DNA of 63,566 nucleotides, counting the filler, from Octopus bimaculoides (Eukaryota), in the NCBI RefSeq assembly GCF_001194135.2. It is 4 parts of 4 records of this genome, joined end to end, with 100 filler letters (N's around TTAATTAATTAA, not from the genome) between each part and the next. Parts side by side here need not be neighbours in the genome. Positions count along the whole stretch, not along the records: positions 9,884 to 31,130 come from NC_068982.1; positions 31,231 to 55,573 come from NC_068990.1; 2 more parts are not named here. One strand, 5' to 3'. Of the stretch, positions 23,901-36,290 are shown piece after piece. The notes under the pieces are model-generated. The model searched no databases and had not been told where the DNA came from. It saw only the letters and a list, made by a program, of their open reading frames with translations. Made by a program: the position numbers and the translations under genes. Position 1 is the first letter of the stretch. Every line of letters starts with the position of its first letter.

Positions 23901-25576
23901 ACACACAAAGAGTTGTAGTGCCTGTCACACTACAAAAGTAATTACTAAAGGAATTTCACATTGATCACCCAGGGATTTCAGGAATGAAATTGTTAATGAG
24001 AAGTTATGTGTATTGGCCAAGAATGAACTGTGACATTGAAGAACTAGTGAAAGCATGCAGAATCATCTATTACAAAATGACAACCGTGGCCACAAACAGA
24101 TATCCCATGCTCCAGACTGCATGTTGAGTATGCAGGTCCACTTAATGGTTCATACTACCATGTTGTGGTGGACAGTTTTTTTAAGTGACCTCAAATGCAT
24201 AAGTGTAAAAAGCCGAAATCCATAGTTACAGTAAGTTTTTTTACATGAATTGTTTTCCAGATATTGTACTCCTGATACCAATGTGTCTGATAATGGAACT
24301 CAGTTTACTTCATACGAGTTGAAAAAAATTTGTAAAATGTTCATTATCAAACATGTGGTCACTCTGCCATATCAAATGGACAAGCAGAGCGTTTTGTTGA
24401 TACTTTTAAGAGGGTTTTAAAAAAGGTGAACAAGGAAGTAATGGATGACCTAGCACTTCAACAATTTCTAAGAGTATACCAAGTAACACTGTCTGAAATG
24501 TCACCTGCAGAATTAATGTTTGCTAGGAAGATTAGATCCATCTTTGACAAGTTGTTACTGAGTAAAAAAAGAAAAATGGTGAACAACAAATATAATTCAA
24601 AATTTTTCAAAGTAAGTGACAAATTTTTTTTTTTAATATATAGAAATGATAAAGAAAGGCGGGAAGATGGTGTGATTATTAAACAAATTAGAAAAGTGTT
24701 ATTCTTCATAAAAGGTAAAAATTTCGAACATAAAAGGCATATAAACCAACTTGAAAAAAGATTTATGGAAGAAATGGTCACGGGAGATGAAATGCCCATG
24801 GAAGTCTTTTATGATACGTTTGAGGTACCAACACCTAAACAAATTGAAACTAAATGTTCAAGTACCAGAAAAAGGAAAAGAATGGAAGTACTAGAATTAA
24901 ATCCTGAACACAAAAGATATTAAACTTCAGATAGAGTTTAATTCGCAAAAATGGGAGATGCTATGGGAGAATTCTGTACACCCCCATGTAACTGAAAGTG
25001 GACTTAACAAATCTGAATAAAGAACTGTGTGATCTGAGTGGCAGTTGACAGCATTGATCATACGTATTGGTTACTGTGTTAGTCAAATATTGTAACTATG
25101 TTGGAGTAGTATGGAGTGCATTCTGTGTGAACATAATAATTCTGTGACAGGTTATTCTAGATAACCATATCCATATATTTATTTAGGTAATACTATGCTT
25201 ATACCCAACATGTACATGCACGTCATACCAATCTGCTTCAAAGTGAAAACGGAAGCTAAGTTTTTAATCTTCGTCTTATTTTATTATATTCTAATGTCAT
25301 GCTGTTTAATCTCTCTCTCTCTCCCATTCAGTATCCTGCCCATCTAATTTCTCAAAAGTCTATATGATATTGTGTAGCTTAGAACAGTTCTATGTTTTAT
25401 GTTAGTATGTAGATTAGAACAGTATGATTTCTTATTTGCTACTAAGTTTATGTGATAATATGTAGCTTGAACAGTCCAATTTATGATATTATGTGGCTTA
25501 AGGTGTATTAATAACAATAATAAAAGTTTTAAATATTAACATTATGTTAAAAACAGTATCCATCTTTGCTAACATG
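20941..25576 (+). repeat. ~375-bp tandem duplication whose second unit is split by the LTR element at 21357-25230
   Basis: 20981-21328 aligns with 25231-25576 (ATCTGCTTCAAAGT.AAAAC.GAAGCTAAG...CATCTTTGCTAACA), roughly 80-85% identical by eye. Confidence 0.85.
21357..25230 (+). mobile_element. Complete but degraded Ty3/Gypsy LTR retrotransposon with internal deletion
   Basis: LTRs 21357-~21622 and 24959-25230 (TG.TATGGGAG...CA); near-TSD ACCTG/ATCTG; PPT AAAAATGGGAGA. Gag CCHC-like region; protease truncated directly into RT; MAYLDDILIK; VASDASEYG; integrase fragments and C-terminal ORF 24426-24923. Confidence 0.92.
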
Positions 25577-26250
25577 TTTTGCCCTCCTTCACTCCCACCA
25601 TTTCAATCTAAACATACATGACTTTCTTCCCTAGCTAATTGTACTCCTGTTATGTGCACAGAGGTTTCTCCTGCAGTACCCATATACTTGTGTGCATGTG
25701 CTTGTCAGTGTACCGTATAGGTATGTACGTACTTATGTGAACCTGTTATATATGTATATGTCAGTTTGGACTTATGTGTTTATGAATATATATGTATATA
25801 TTTACATCTACGTGTGCGTTTATGTGAATTGCATGTTCATATGTGTATATATGTGGATGTATGGGATTATGTGTGTGTGTGTCTGTATATATGAATATGT
25901 AAGATTCATATCATATGTGTACATTTATGTGGACTGCATGTTCATACGTCTTTATTTATATATGTGTATGTGGGTATATGGGTGTGTATATATGTGTGGA
26001 TGTATGGGGTCGTGTGTGTGTATGTGTGTGTCTATGGAAGATTCAAACTATGCTGTGTAGTGTTTATAAATGTAAACATATGCAATTTATGTATATATAA
26101 ACATATAAGATTAATACTGTGTATATGTATACATATGGACATATGACTACTTTCATGCCCTTCTTACCCCTCTATTTACTGGCCCTTAATCTGGATTCTG
26201 TGCGGGAGTGAGGTAACTGTATTTCATCAAATTGAATACGGATGTACTAT

Positions 26251-26290
<40 letters not shown>

Positions 26291-26489
26291 TATAAGACTA
26301 CTTGATGCCCTTCCTACCCATCTCTTTACTGGCCCATAATCTGGATGCTGTATGGGAATGAGGAAATTGTACTTCATTGAATTGAATACAGGATGTACCA
26401 AGGAAATTATACTTCAGTGAATCAATTACACGATGTATAAAGGTTCTATACTACCTAGCAAGCAGTTGCGCAGATCTTTTTAGACACAG

Positions 26490-29400
26490 ATAAAAGCCCC
26501 ACAAATATTTTCCAATTGTCCCTCCCAAGTACATAATTTTAGGGCTGCCACCATCAACATTGGCACAATGAAGGTGAGATCTGGTGAGATTATTAAAATG
26601 ATGGAGTGCCACCATGTTGATGTATGTGGTGTTCAAGAAGTAAGATGGAAAGGGGCCTCTGCTAGATTTGTCACAGGTAAGAAACAGAGGTTCAAATTCT
26701 TCTGGATAGGCAGGAGTAATGGAGTAGGTGGTGTGGGCATACTCTTAGCAGAAAAGTATGTAGATAATTGAGGTAGTCAGAGTATGCGAAAGAGTTATTA
26801 AGTTGAGACTTACCATAAATAGATTGACAGTTATATTTATCTTTGCCTGAGCTCCACAGGCTGGGCTGACTGATGACCAGAAGGACCAATTCTACAAGGT
26901 CCTTTTGCAGACTACCTCAACAACAAATGACAGAGACTTTGTTATTGTTGCTGGCAACGTTAATGGACATGTTGGGCAGCATTCCCATGGATTCCATGGT
27001 GTGCATGATGGTGGTTATGGCTTTGGTCCCATGAATGAAAAGGGAACAAGGCTACTGGAGTTCTGTGCTGCAAATGATCTCATGATTTGCAACACTATCT
27101 TCAGAAAACCAGCCAACCAGTTTGGTGGGAACATAATCCAGGTTGATTACCTCCTTATTAAGCAATGAAATAGGCTGATGCTCTCAAATGTAAAATCTTT
27201 CTCAGGTGAATAATGTGCACCCCAACATAGGCTACTAGTTTGTAATTTCAGAATTAAGGCTAGAGAGACTCAGAGAAATAAACCATGCTAGAAAAGGAGA
27301 TTATGGAAGCTCAAAGACCCAGTAAACCAACAAAAATTTAGAGACATTCTACTGGAAGCCTATAATGATAGAGAGGAGGAAGAAGAAGGGACATATAACT
27401 TAGAGGACAACTGGAAGTTCCAGTGAGACGATTTACTGGGGGCTGCTGACCAAATCTGTGGCTGGTGCAAAGCCCCAGCTAGACCAAGGGTGATATGGTG
27501 GTGGATAGCACTATAAAAACAAATAGACAGGCTTGGAAAGACTGGAAAAACAGTGGAAACAGAGAATTATATCAAGAGCCAGAAGGAGCTAGGCGACAGG
27601 TTTACATAGCAAAAGGAATAGCAAATGGTAAGAAGTTTGCTAATGTTTTACAGCATGAGGTGTTCAGGATTGCAAAGCAGTGTATCAGAGAGAATAGAGA
27701 TGTGGTAGGTGAGAAATGTGTGCGAATGGATATTGGTATGTAGTAACTCAGAGAAGAAAGATGTGGAGATGCCATTCTGAAAGGCAATTAAGGATATGAA
27801 GATTGGGAAAGCCCCTGGACCATTGAGATGCAGTTTGATTTTGTTCCATACAAGCCATGTACAACAATGCTGTCAGTAAGGTGAGAGTCAGCCTTGAATA
27901 CAGTGATGATTTTAGTCTAGAAGTTGGATTTCACCAGGGATCAGTTCTTAGTCCACTCTTATTCATCATAGTTCTTCAGGCCATAACAGAGGAATTCAAA
28001 ACTGGACGCTCATGAGAACTGCTATATGCTAATGACCTCACTCTTATTGCAGAAATTGAAGCAGAACTGGAGAAGAAGTTCTGGGTTTGGAAGCAAAACC
28101 AGGAATTAAAAGGCCTTAAAGTTAACTTAGCAAAGACTTAAGTTGTTGTTAGCATGAAAGCAGATAAGATCTCTTTCTGTCAGGAAAATGACCCTGTTCA
28201 ATACATAGGGAAAGAGTGGGAAGTAATTCCATTTGCTGCACCAAGTGTAAGCTATGGACACATAAGAGATGCAGTGGAATCAAAGTAGGTTAACAGATAA
28301 GGTCGTTTTCATGTGTGGCAGATGCACAGGAACAATAAGCAATAAGAACATGAGGGACTTAGACTCTATCAAATGTCCAGTGGCTCTCTTGAGGTAGTAG
28401 ATAGTCTCTGCTACTTAGGTCACCAAATTAGTAACAGTGGTGGATGCTCTGAAAGTAGTTACTAGAATAAAAATAGGATGGAGGAAGTTCAGAAAGCTAC
28501 TACTTCTGTTGGCAACAAAAGGATTCTCTCTCAGAGTGAAAGGTAGATTGTATGATGCTTGTGTGAGAATGACTATACTACATGGTAAAGAGATATGGGC
28601 TCTGAATGCCGAGGACATGTGTAGACTGGAGAGGAGTGAAGGTAGTATGATCTGTTGGACGTGCAACACCAGTGTGTATGACCAACAAAGCACAACTGTG
28701 TTGAGAGAAAAGTGAAGTATAAGGGGGATTAAATGTGGCATGCAGGAGAGGAGAATGCATTGGTGTGGATATGTGATGCATATGAGTAGAGATAATTGTA
28801 TACAGACGTGCCTGTCACTAAAAGTGGATGACACCTGTGAAAGAGGGAGACCCAGGAAAACAAGAGATGAAGTGGTGAGGACCGATCTTAGGATGTTAGG
28901 GTTCATCGCAGAAATGACAATGGACCGAGATGTCTGGCAATATGAGGTTCTAGAGTAGACCTACTCATGTCAACAAAACTGAGTGCTAGAAGCATTGTGT
29001 CCCACCCACATGTAACAACAAACTTTTCACACGCCCTACCCCAAGAAACCAAACTACATCTCTTCTAAACTGCATCTTTCTCTTCCTCACATTTCCTCTT
29101 CATAAACTATGATTTCTTACAATCCCCTTCACTGCCCTGCTGCTTTCCCCACCCCCTTTTTATACCCAGATCTTCACCAGTCACTGCAATCCCCACTCCT
29201 TACTTGTGCTTTGTACCCCAAGAAACCGAACATCTCTTACTTGTACATCACCAGTCACTGCAATCCCCACTCCTTACTTGTGCCTTCTAGGCAATACCCA
29301 ACCATGTATATTCCGACCTCTGTACCTCTCTCTTAGTTACTCTACCATCACATCTATGCTTTGATCCTTGTTACTTGTGAATATACCCGGGCACTTCACC

Positions 29401-30167
29401 ATCTTTCTCCTGCTCTCTCTTGTACTTTTGCTGTTTCCCTCTCTCTCCCTCTCTTTTCCTCTGGTTGGGTAGCCATGTATCTCCTCTACAGCAGCACACC
29501 TGTTTCTGCCCTCATTCTTGATCTCTCTCTAGTCTTCTCTTGCTTTTCTCTCTGACTAGGTAATGAAGAATCTCCTTTACACACCTGTTTCTGTCCTCTT
29601 TCTTGTACCTCTCTCTCCCTCTTTTCTCTCTTTCACTCACTGGGTAACCATGTACTTCCTCTATAGCAAGACACCTGTTTCTGCCTCTCTATTTCTGTCA
29701 TGTTCTCACCTTTCATCATTTGACACCACATCACCTCCTCCAATACCCCCTCCATTATAACAAGACACCTGTTTCTGCCTCTCTGTCAACCTTTCGTCTT
29801 CTGACAAGTTCCCTCCTCAAATGTCCTTGCTCCTCTCAAAATTCCTTGTTTTGAAAGTTACTTGGTGACCCCACCAGTGCTGCTGCCAAATAAAAAGTAT
29901 CCAGTTTACACTGTAAAATGGTTGGCATTCAGAAGGGCATCCAGCTGTAAAAATCATGCCAAAACTAACCTCGTCTGTGCTAGTGCCACATAAAAAGCAC
30001 TGAGCTCACTCTGCAAAGTGGTTGGTGTTAGGAAGGGCAGCCAGCCATAAAAACCCTGCCAAAACAGACACAGTAGCCTGGGGTAGTTTTCTAACTGGCT
30101 AGCTCCTGTCCACCGTCCTCCCCATACATGCATGGAAGACAAAACGTTAAATGATGATGATGATGAC
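26490..30167 (+). mobile_element. RTE-clade LINE, heavily degraded with internal deletions, pyrimidine-rich 3' region and (ATG)n tail
   Basis: APE start HHVDVCGVQEVRWKG, IVAGNVNGHVG, NEKGTRLLEFC; RT remnants; RMHWCGYVM..RGRPRKT; tail AAACGTTAAATGATGATG at ~30143-30167. Confidence 0.88.
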
Positions 30168-30810
30168 TGAAACCCTATGAGAAGGGAAGATAATCTGAAA
30201 TATAAAAATTTTCCCAAAATTGACAGTAAGAAAAGACAATCTTATTTATTAGAGACAAGAGAGCAGCTATGGATGTGCTTCTGTCTCTTTAAGCATCATG
30301 AACATAGTAGTTGTCCTACATCAACTTTGGCAGACAAGATACTCAGATGCATACAAAAAGAATGGGATACGTTTAAAGCATAGGGTAATTTAAACAGAGT
30401 TGGTCACTGCTGGCACAAAGCATTTGTTTACTCTTCTCTCAAAGGGAATATGAGTTTCAATAAATCAAGAATTTATCTTGTATGGTATTTGATATACTAC
30501 TGTTTTTATTGTACATATACCAGTAGCCACTCTAAGTTATTTCTCTTCACTCCTTTCCATTTAAATTATGCAAATTACCATAGGCCATAAATGTTTTCTA
30601 TTCTTTTTGTATATAGGTCTTATGTAAGTTGACCATGCAGATCACAGATTTGGTCTGTGTGAGCCAGTTAGTTTACATTTTGGACACCCTGTGTTATTTC
30701 TTTCTTTTGTTTGATGGCTATGGCAAAAGTGATTGTGTAATGGATGAAGTTAAAAGGACTAGAGACTGATGCTTGAAAATATTCTAAATATAAACTTGTA
30801 CACAGTTCCA

Positions 30811-31130
30811 TCTATATATATAAAAATGAGAATGTGTGTCTGTCTGTCTGTGTGCTTCCCTAAAACTCAAGAACTACACAACCAATTTCATTCAAATTTT
30901 ACACATGCTTTAGTTAGGGTTGCGGTTGTGTTTTAGTCAAAAAAAATTTTTAACTTCTGGCATAGTTCGAGCCCACAGCAACATCATATCTCCTCCACTA
31001 TTTAAGTATTACGTGTCAAAAGTGAAACAAAAACACTCATGTCAAATACTTTCACTTTAAAAATGAAACTATTCCACTAACTGAAACAATCACATTTCGA
31101 TACTGTAATGACAGATACTTTCACTTTAAT
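30811..31130 (+). mobile_element. Probable non-autonomous Helitron 5' end
   Basis: A|TCTATATATATAAAAATGAGAATGTGTGTCTGTCTGTCTG start is typical of small Helitron/DINE-like repeats; the 3' end falls in the N gap. Confidence 0.45.
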
Positions 31131-31174
31131 NNNNNNNNNNNNNNNNNNNNNNNNNNNNNNNNNNNNNNNNNNNN

Positions 31175-31186
31175 TTAATTAATTAA
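31175..31186. other. Artificial scaffold-join linker
   Basis: TTAATTAATTAA flanked by 44 N each side. Confidence 0.9.
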
Positions 31187-31230
31187 NNNNNNNNNNNNNN
31201 NNNNNNNNNNNNNNNNNNNNNNNNNNNNNN

Positions 31231-31282
<52 letters not shown>

Positions 31283-32201
31283 TGTATGTATATATATAAT
31301 GGTTTGTGCATGTAGATACCGGTACAACTAAACAAAACCACGTTTTACTGACAATTATGGACAAAAAAGTAATGAGACACGGAAACATACGATAATGCAC
31401 ATATGCACCCTATGTAACACAGAGACACCCTTATACACTGAACACCTGTACACATGTACACATGTACACATGTTCACATATGTACGTCAATAATGTTTAT
31501 ACATAGGCCTGAATTCATATTAGTGATGTAGGTATAAACATACATTATTGTATTATGAAAAACAACTATAGATTATAGAAAAATATGTATAAGAATTATA
31601 TTTAAAAATTATTTAAATATATTATAAACATTTGAATAAAGAATAAAATAAAAATAGTTATAAATCTTGATCGCTAAAAATAATATATTAAAAATTATAT
31701 AACAATGAACATACGAATATACAGAGAAAATCGTAATCAAATATTTATGTATGATTTTTATGTATAATTATTATATACTGGGATACTTATATACATATGG
31801 TAAACTATAATACAATTATAATATACTGGAATATAGAAATATAGAAATATGCATAATGGAATATATATGTATATATTGGAAAAGTATCCGGCTACACAAC
31901 ACGCAATTTTTTTTATATATGAGCATATATATATANNNNNNNNNNATATATATATATATATATATAAATAGATATGCACATTTAACAATTGGAAGTACAA
32001 TTCATCACATTAAGGTTAGTACATGCTTATATTATTTTGGGGCAAAAGAATGCATGGCTGGGTACATTTACTAGTTTTTATGACAAAATAAATTTGATAT
32101 CATATATACACATATATACACATGTATACACACAACAATGTTGAAAAGTATATAGACATGCATATGGGCGCATGTTGACATATGCATAGATATACATCTA
32201 T

Positions 32202-32241
<40 letters not shown>

Positions 32242-32409
32242 ATANNNNNNNNNNNNNNNNNNNNNNNNNNNNNNNNNNNNNNNNNNNNNNNNNNNNNNTA
32301 TATATATATGAAAGGTGGGATAGAAAGAATATAAGAAGTGAAAATCAAACAAAACACAGGATATGGAAAATAGACGATAACATGAAAAACGACCATTCGC
32401 AACAAATTT

Positions 32410-32446
<37 letters not shown>

Positions 32447-33375
32447 TACATTAAACGTGAGGTTGAATCTTGCTTGTTTGCTTGCAATGTTATCCAGCTA
32501 AACTGTCGCATAATGTGAAAATACTATGAATTAAGTCGCCCCCGAAATGTGAATGCGAAAGCGAATAAAATAAATTTCACGTAAATCGGACAACTGGTTA
32601 TTGAGATACTATTTTCGGAGTATAATTATTCAAAATGGTGCGTAATGAGAAAATTCTCCGAAAATAACTTAACCCAAGAAGGGAAGAAACTCTTACCTTT
32701 CGATTAGACACAGTGACTTGACAATGAAAGACTACGATTTCTTTATAACATCTTTCTATTTTCGCTTTTGTTGAACACAGTATTTTAATCATTTAGAAAT
32801 ATTTTGAAATGAATGTGATTTCAAAAATGTAAGTTGTTTGTACAGTAAGTATTTATATTTTAGCTTTCTTTAAACAGACAATATTTTAATGTATTTTCAA
32901 ATTATTTTCAAATGAATACCATTACAAAAATCTAGTGGAGTTATGTATTTTCAGATGTATCAATTTGAATGATATTTCTTGTATCTAAAGATGGCGATAC
33001 AACAGAAACGGTCGACGGCTTTCTTTGGTGAATTCAACAATTAAAAATGTGATTTTCTCTATTCCTAGTTTTGTTGTCTAATACTCTGAATTTCTTGAAT
33101 TTCTTCTAAATACTATTTAGATCTATTCGTCATCCATGAGGAATTACGCTGGATGTGTATTCTACTTGCATTTATTGGTGTCTGATTGCTGGATATTGTT
33201 AACCAAATTCGGTTAAAGATGAGTGATTTATTGACATCTGCCTGGATTTTTTCACACCTTTTCCTCCTAATGCAATCACACACATATGCGCATGCTCGCA
33301 CGCGTGTGTGTATTATACATTCCCTATTTATATCATCATCTTTGGTTTTGTTGTCATCATTCTTTTAAATTCTAG

Positions 33376-33547
33376 CTTCTGAAGTGTCTTCGGTGGACAG
33401 TAGAATGAAATCTTCCATTGCAATCCAAATGGTGTTTACCATCGGACTACTGATCATTTCTTTGCTGACTTATTTTGTGAGGACTTGGAGGCCTTTGATG
33501 ATCATAATATCAATCCCGTCAGTGGTGTTCGCTATCGTCTATATCTG
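33376..33547 (+). CDS. SLC22-family transporter gene 1, internal exon (TM5-TM6 region)
   Basis: tctag|CT..TG|gtaggt; (A)SEVSSVDSRMKSSIAIQMVFTIGLLIISLLTYFVRTWRPLMIIISIPSVVFAIVYI(W); phase 1 to phase 2, joins the next exon in frame. Confidence 0.88.
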
Positions 33548-34489
33548 GTAGGTATGCATGCGTGTATGGGTGGATGGATGGATGAGTGTGTGTACATGTA
33601 TGGGTGTATGATCATTGGCTCTATGTATGTACAAGTGTATGGATGTCTGTGTATATGTATGACTGGATGTGTGTATGTATATATACATGCATGTATGTAC
33701 GTATGAATATATGAATGCATGGGTGTATTGATGTATAAACGGATGGACTTGAGCATGTGTGGGTGCATTGATGTATATATGTATGGATAGATGAATGAAT
33801 GTGTGTGTGCACTTATTTGTATATGTATATACAACCCGTCACATAGTTGGCAACTAAACTTAGAACTCTAGAAAGCTTACTTGGGGAAGCGGGTGGGAGT
33901 GGGGTGTGTTTGTATTGGATACCCTCCAGAATGAGAAACAAAACCCATCAAAGGACAGCTGGGGTTGAGGAACCCTTAGTCTTTGTTTAGATATCTCTCT
34001 GGGGGGAAGGAAAACTCTGATCTAACACCTGTACCTTCGTTTCAATCCAATTATGTAGATTAGTTCTTCTTTTGGGGCAAAAGCATTCAATGTTTAGAGA
34101 CGGGTAATTTAAGAAGCTTCAAATACAGGCTTCACCTGACTTCTTAAACATCTTTATTAACATCATAGGTGCAGGCGTTGCTGTGTGGTAAGACGTTTGC
34201 TTCCCAACTACATGGTTCTGGGTTCAGTCTCGCTGTATGGCACCATGAACAAATGTCTATCTATCTAGACAGACAGACAGACAAACAAATATATAGATAG
34301 ATAGATATTTATATAACTTAGGGTTTGGTCGTCATTGGCTCAGTTCATAGCTAGCTTATTAGCATCGCGTGGAGATGTCTTTTAAGAAATATTTTGGGAC
34401 ACCATGGACCATTCAATCAAAGATCTGTGGTCGGCTGAAATGTATCTATGTGTTGGTGCTTTGTTTGACACTTCTTTGAGTAATCTGTC

Positions 34490-36290
34490 TGTTATGGGAG
34501 AATCTTGTACACCCCCACGTGATTGAGAGTGCAATAAAGGATTTGAATAAATAAACAAGTGTTTGAACTGTCCGGAGTAGTCGATAGTGTTGATCGACCA
34601 TATCGGTTACTGTTTTAGTTCGCTGTGTGTAGGTTTAATATCGGACCTACGTTTGTGTAGTACGGAATGTGTTCTGTATGAGTGTATATTCTTGAATAGC
34701 TTATTTTAGATAACCATCATCCAAATATTTATTTGGGTAATACTTTTTTACACCCGACGTATACGCGTATGTCATAAACAGTTTTGGTGACGAGATTATT
34801 CGAAGCTCTTGCTGGACGGATTTTTCTTTGAACACAGAAGGTTTAGTAGCTTCGGTAATTCAATTACAGCAAAAATAGCATCAGAAACAACAACTACAAC
34901 AACAGCTGCAACAGTTGTTGGAATTTCCGAAGGAACAACAGCTGTTATTTCAACTGATACAGAAGAAAACAGAAAATGCATCTAGTTCGTTCACCCCTGA
35001 CACGGTCGCAAACTCCATCCGAGTGTTCGTATATAACCCAGAGGAGTTCGTATATAACCTAGAGGAGGGTATTACTTTTCCTGCTTACTTTAGAAGGTCT
35101 GAGGAAAGTTTTACAGAAGAACGCTCCGTCTGACAAAACGAAAAACCCGGCTTTTGCCAAGAATGATGGCACCAGCCGAGCATGAAAAATATTGAAATTA
35201 CATATTACACCAAAGGGACCGTTTTAAGGAAACTGGGATAATTTACCAAAGATTTACAGCGAAACAAAACTCTTTGTTTTATACGCATTGGCAATGCATG
35301 AATATTTCAAAAAAAAAAAAAGAGAACGATGATTTTATTACGTACGCTGGAATCGTTAATAGGGAATGCGAGAAATTTAAAATTAATGAATTAACATCAG
35401 ACATGTTTAAATGTTTAATTGTTTTCTCGCAAGGTTTAACGGCAAAGAAAGACGCGGAAGTTCGAAACCACATTCTAACTAAATTAGAGCAGAATCAGAA
35501 CAAATTGAAGTGAGAAACTGCTTTCATATACACTCGGTGTGATCGAAAGTAAGAAATGAAAAGCAGAAAATTAATCCATGTCTTAGATGTGAATATTAAC
35601 ACTACAGGTTCGACTGCCCTTATAAAAATCGAAAATGCTTTGAGTGGTAAAATAGGTCATAAAAATCACACTGTAAAAACAAAACCTAGAAAATGGCTCA
35701 ACAGAAAACATCACGTAAACACTTTATCATTGTCGAGTAATATAAATGAGACTCAAAAGAAATTTGTGTATGTAAAAATTAATAATACAAATGTAAAATT
35801 ACATTTAGATACGGGTAGTGACATTGCTCTAATTAAATAAAACATATGGAAAAAACCGGGAAACCTACACTACAGAAAACCTTGAAGATTGCTCGTGGAG
35901 TCTCAGAGATTAAATTAATTCTTAAAGGCGACTTTATCTGTGACATTACATTTCGTGGAAAACTATAAAAGCGAAAGTTTTTGTATTAAAAACACAAGCA
36001 ACCTTTTTGGAACTGACTGGATGGAACTTTTCGACTTATGCGATTTACCCATAAATAGTTTTTATAAAAACGTAACGGAATCGTGCGTCAGTTCAAATAC
36101 AGAGTCAGAAAAACTTTTAAAAAGAAGTGAAAAGGTTGTTTCCTGATGTCTTTTTTCGGATGAGTTAGGTCGGTGCAATAAATTTAAAGGAAAATTGAAG
36201 GTAAAAGAAAATTCATTGCCAGTTTTCAAACCCAAACGTAATGTATCGTTTGCAGCACTGGAACAAGTGTATAAGGAATTAGACAGGAAA
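34490..36290 (+). mobile_element. 3'-truncated Gypsy element (5' LTR, PBS, gag, protease), same family as 21357-25230; intronic
   Basis: LTR 34490-34780 (TGTTATGGGAG...AAACA), PBS TGGTGACGAG at 34785-34794, gag ITFPAYFRR, protease KLHLDTGSDIALI. Confidence 0.88.

Noticed and set aside
20941-25576. CRISPR-like or other regularly spaced repeat arrays anywhere in the window
   Set aside because: No constant repeat with unique spacers; all repeats are SINEs, LTRs, microsatellites or tandem duplications in a eukaryotic context.
27811-27835. Microhomology-mediated deletion in the RTE via repeated TGAGATGC
   Set aside because: The junction also lacks ~13 nt upstream of the first repeat, so it does not fit a clean microhomology event.
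32691-32790. Minus-strand donor AAG|GTAAGA with a short open frame
   Set aside because: No clear acceptor and no recognisable peptide; an isolated donor is expected by chance.
32984-33022. CTAAAGA..GAAACGGTC hammerhead-like string
   Set aside because: Core G5 is mutated, stem II is only 2 bp and stem I is absent.
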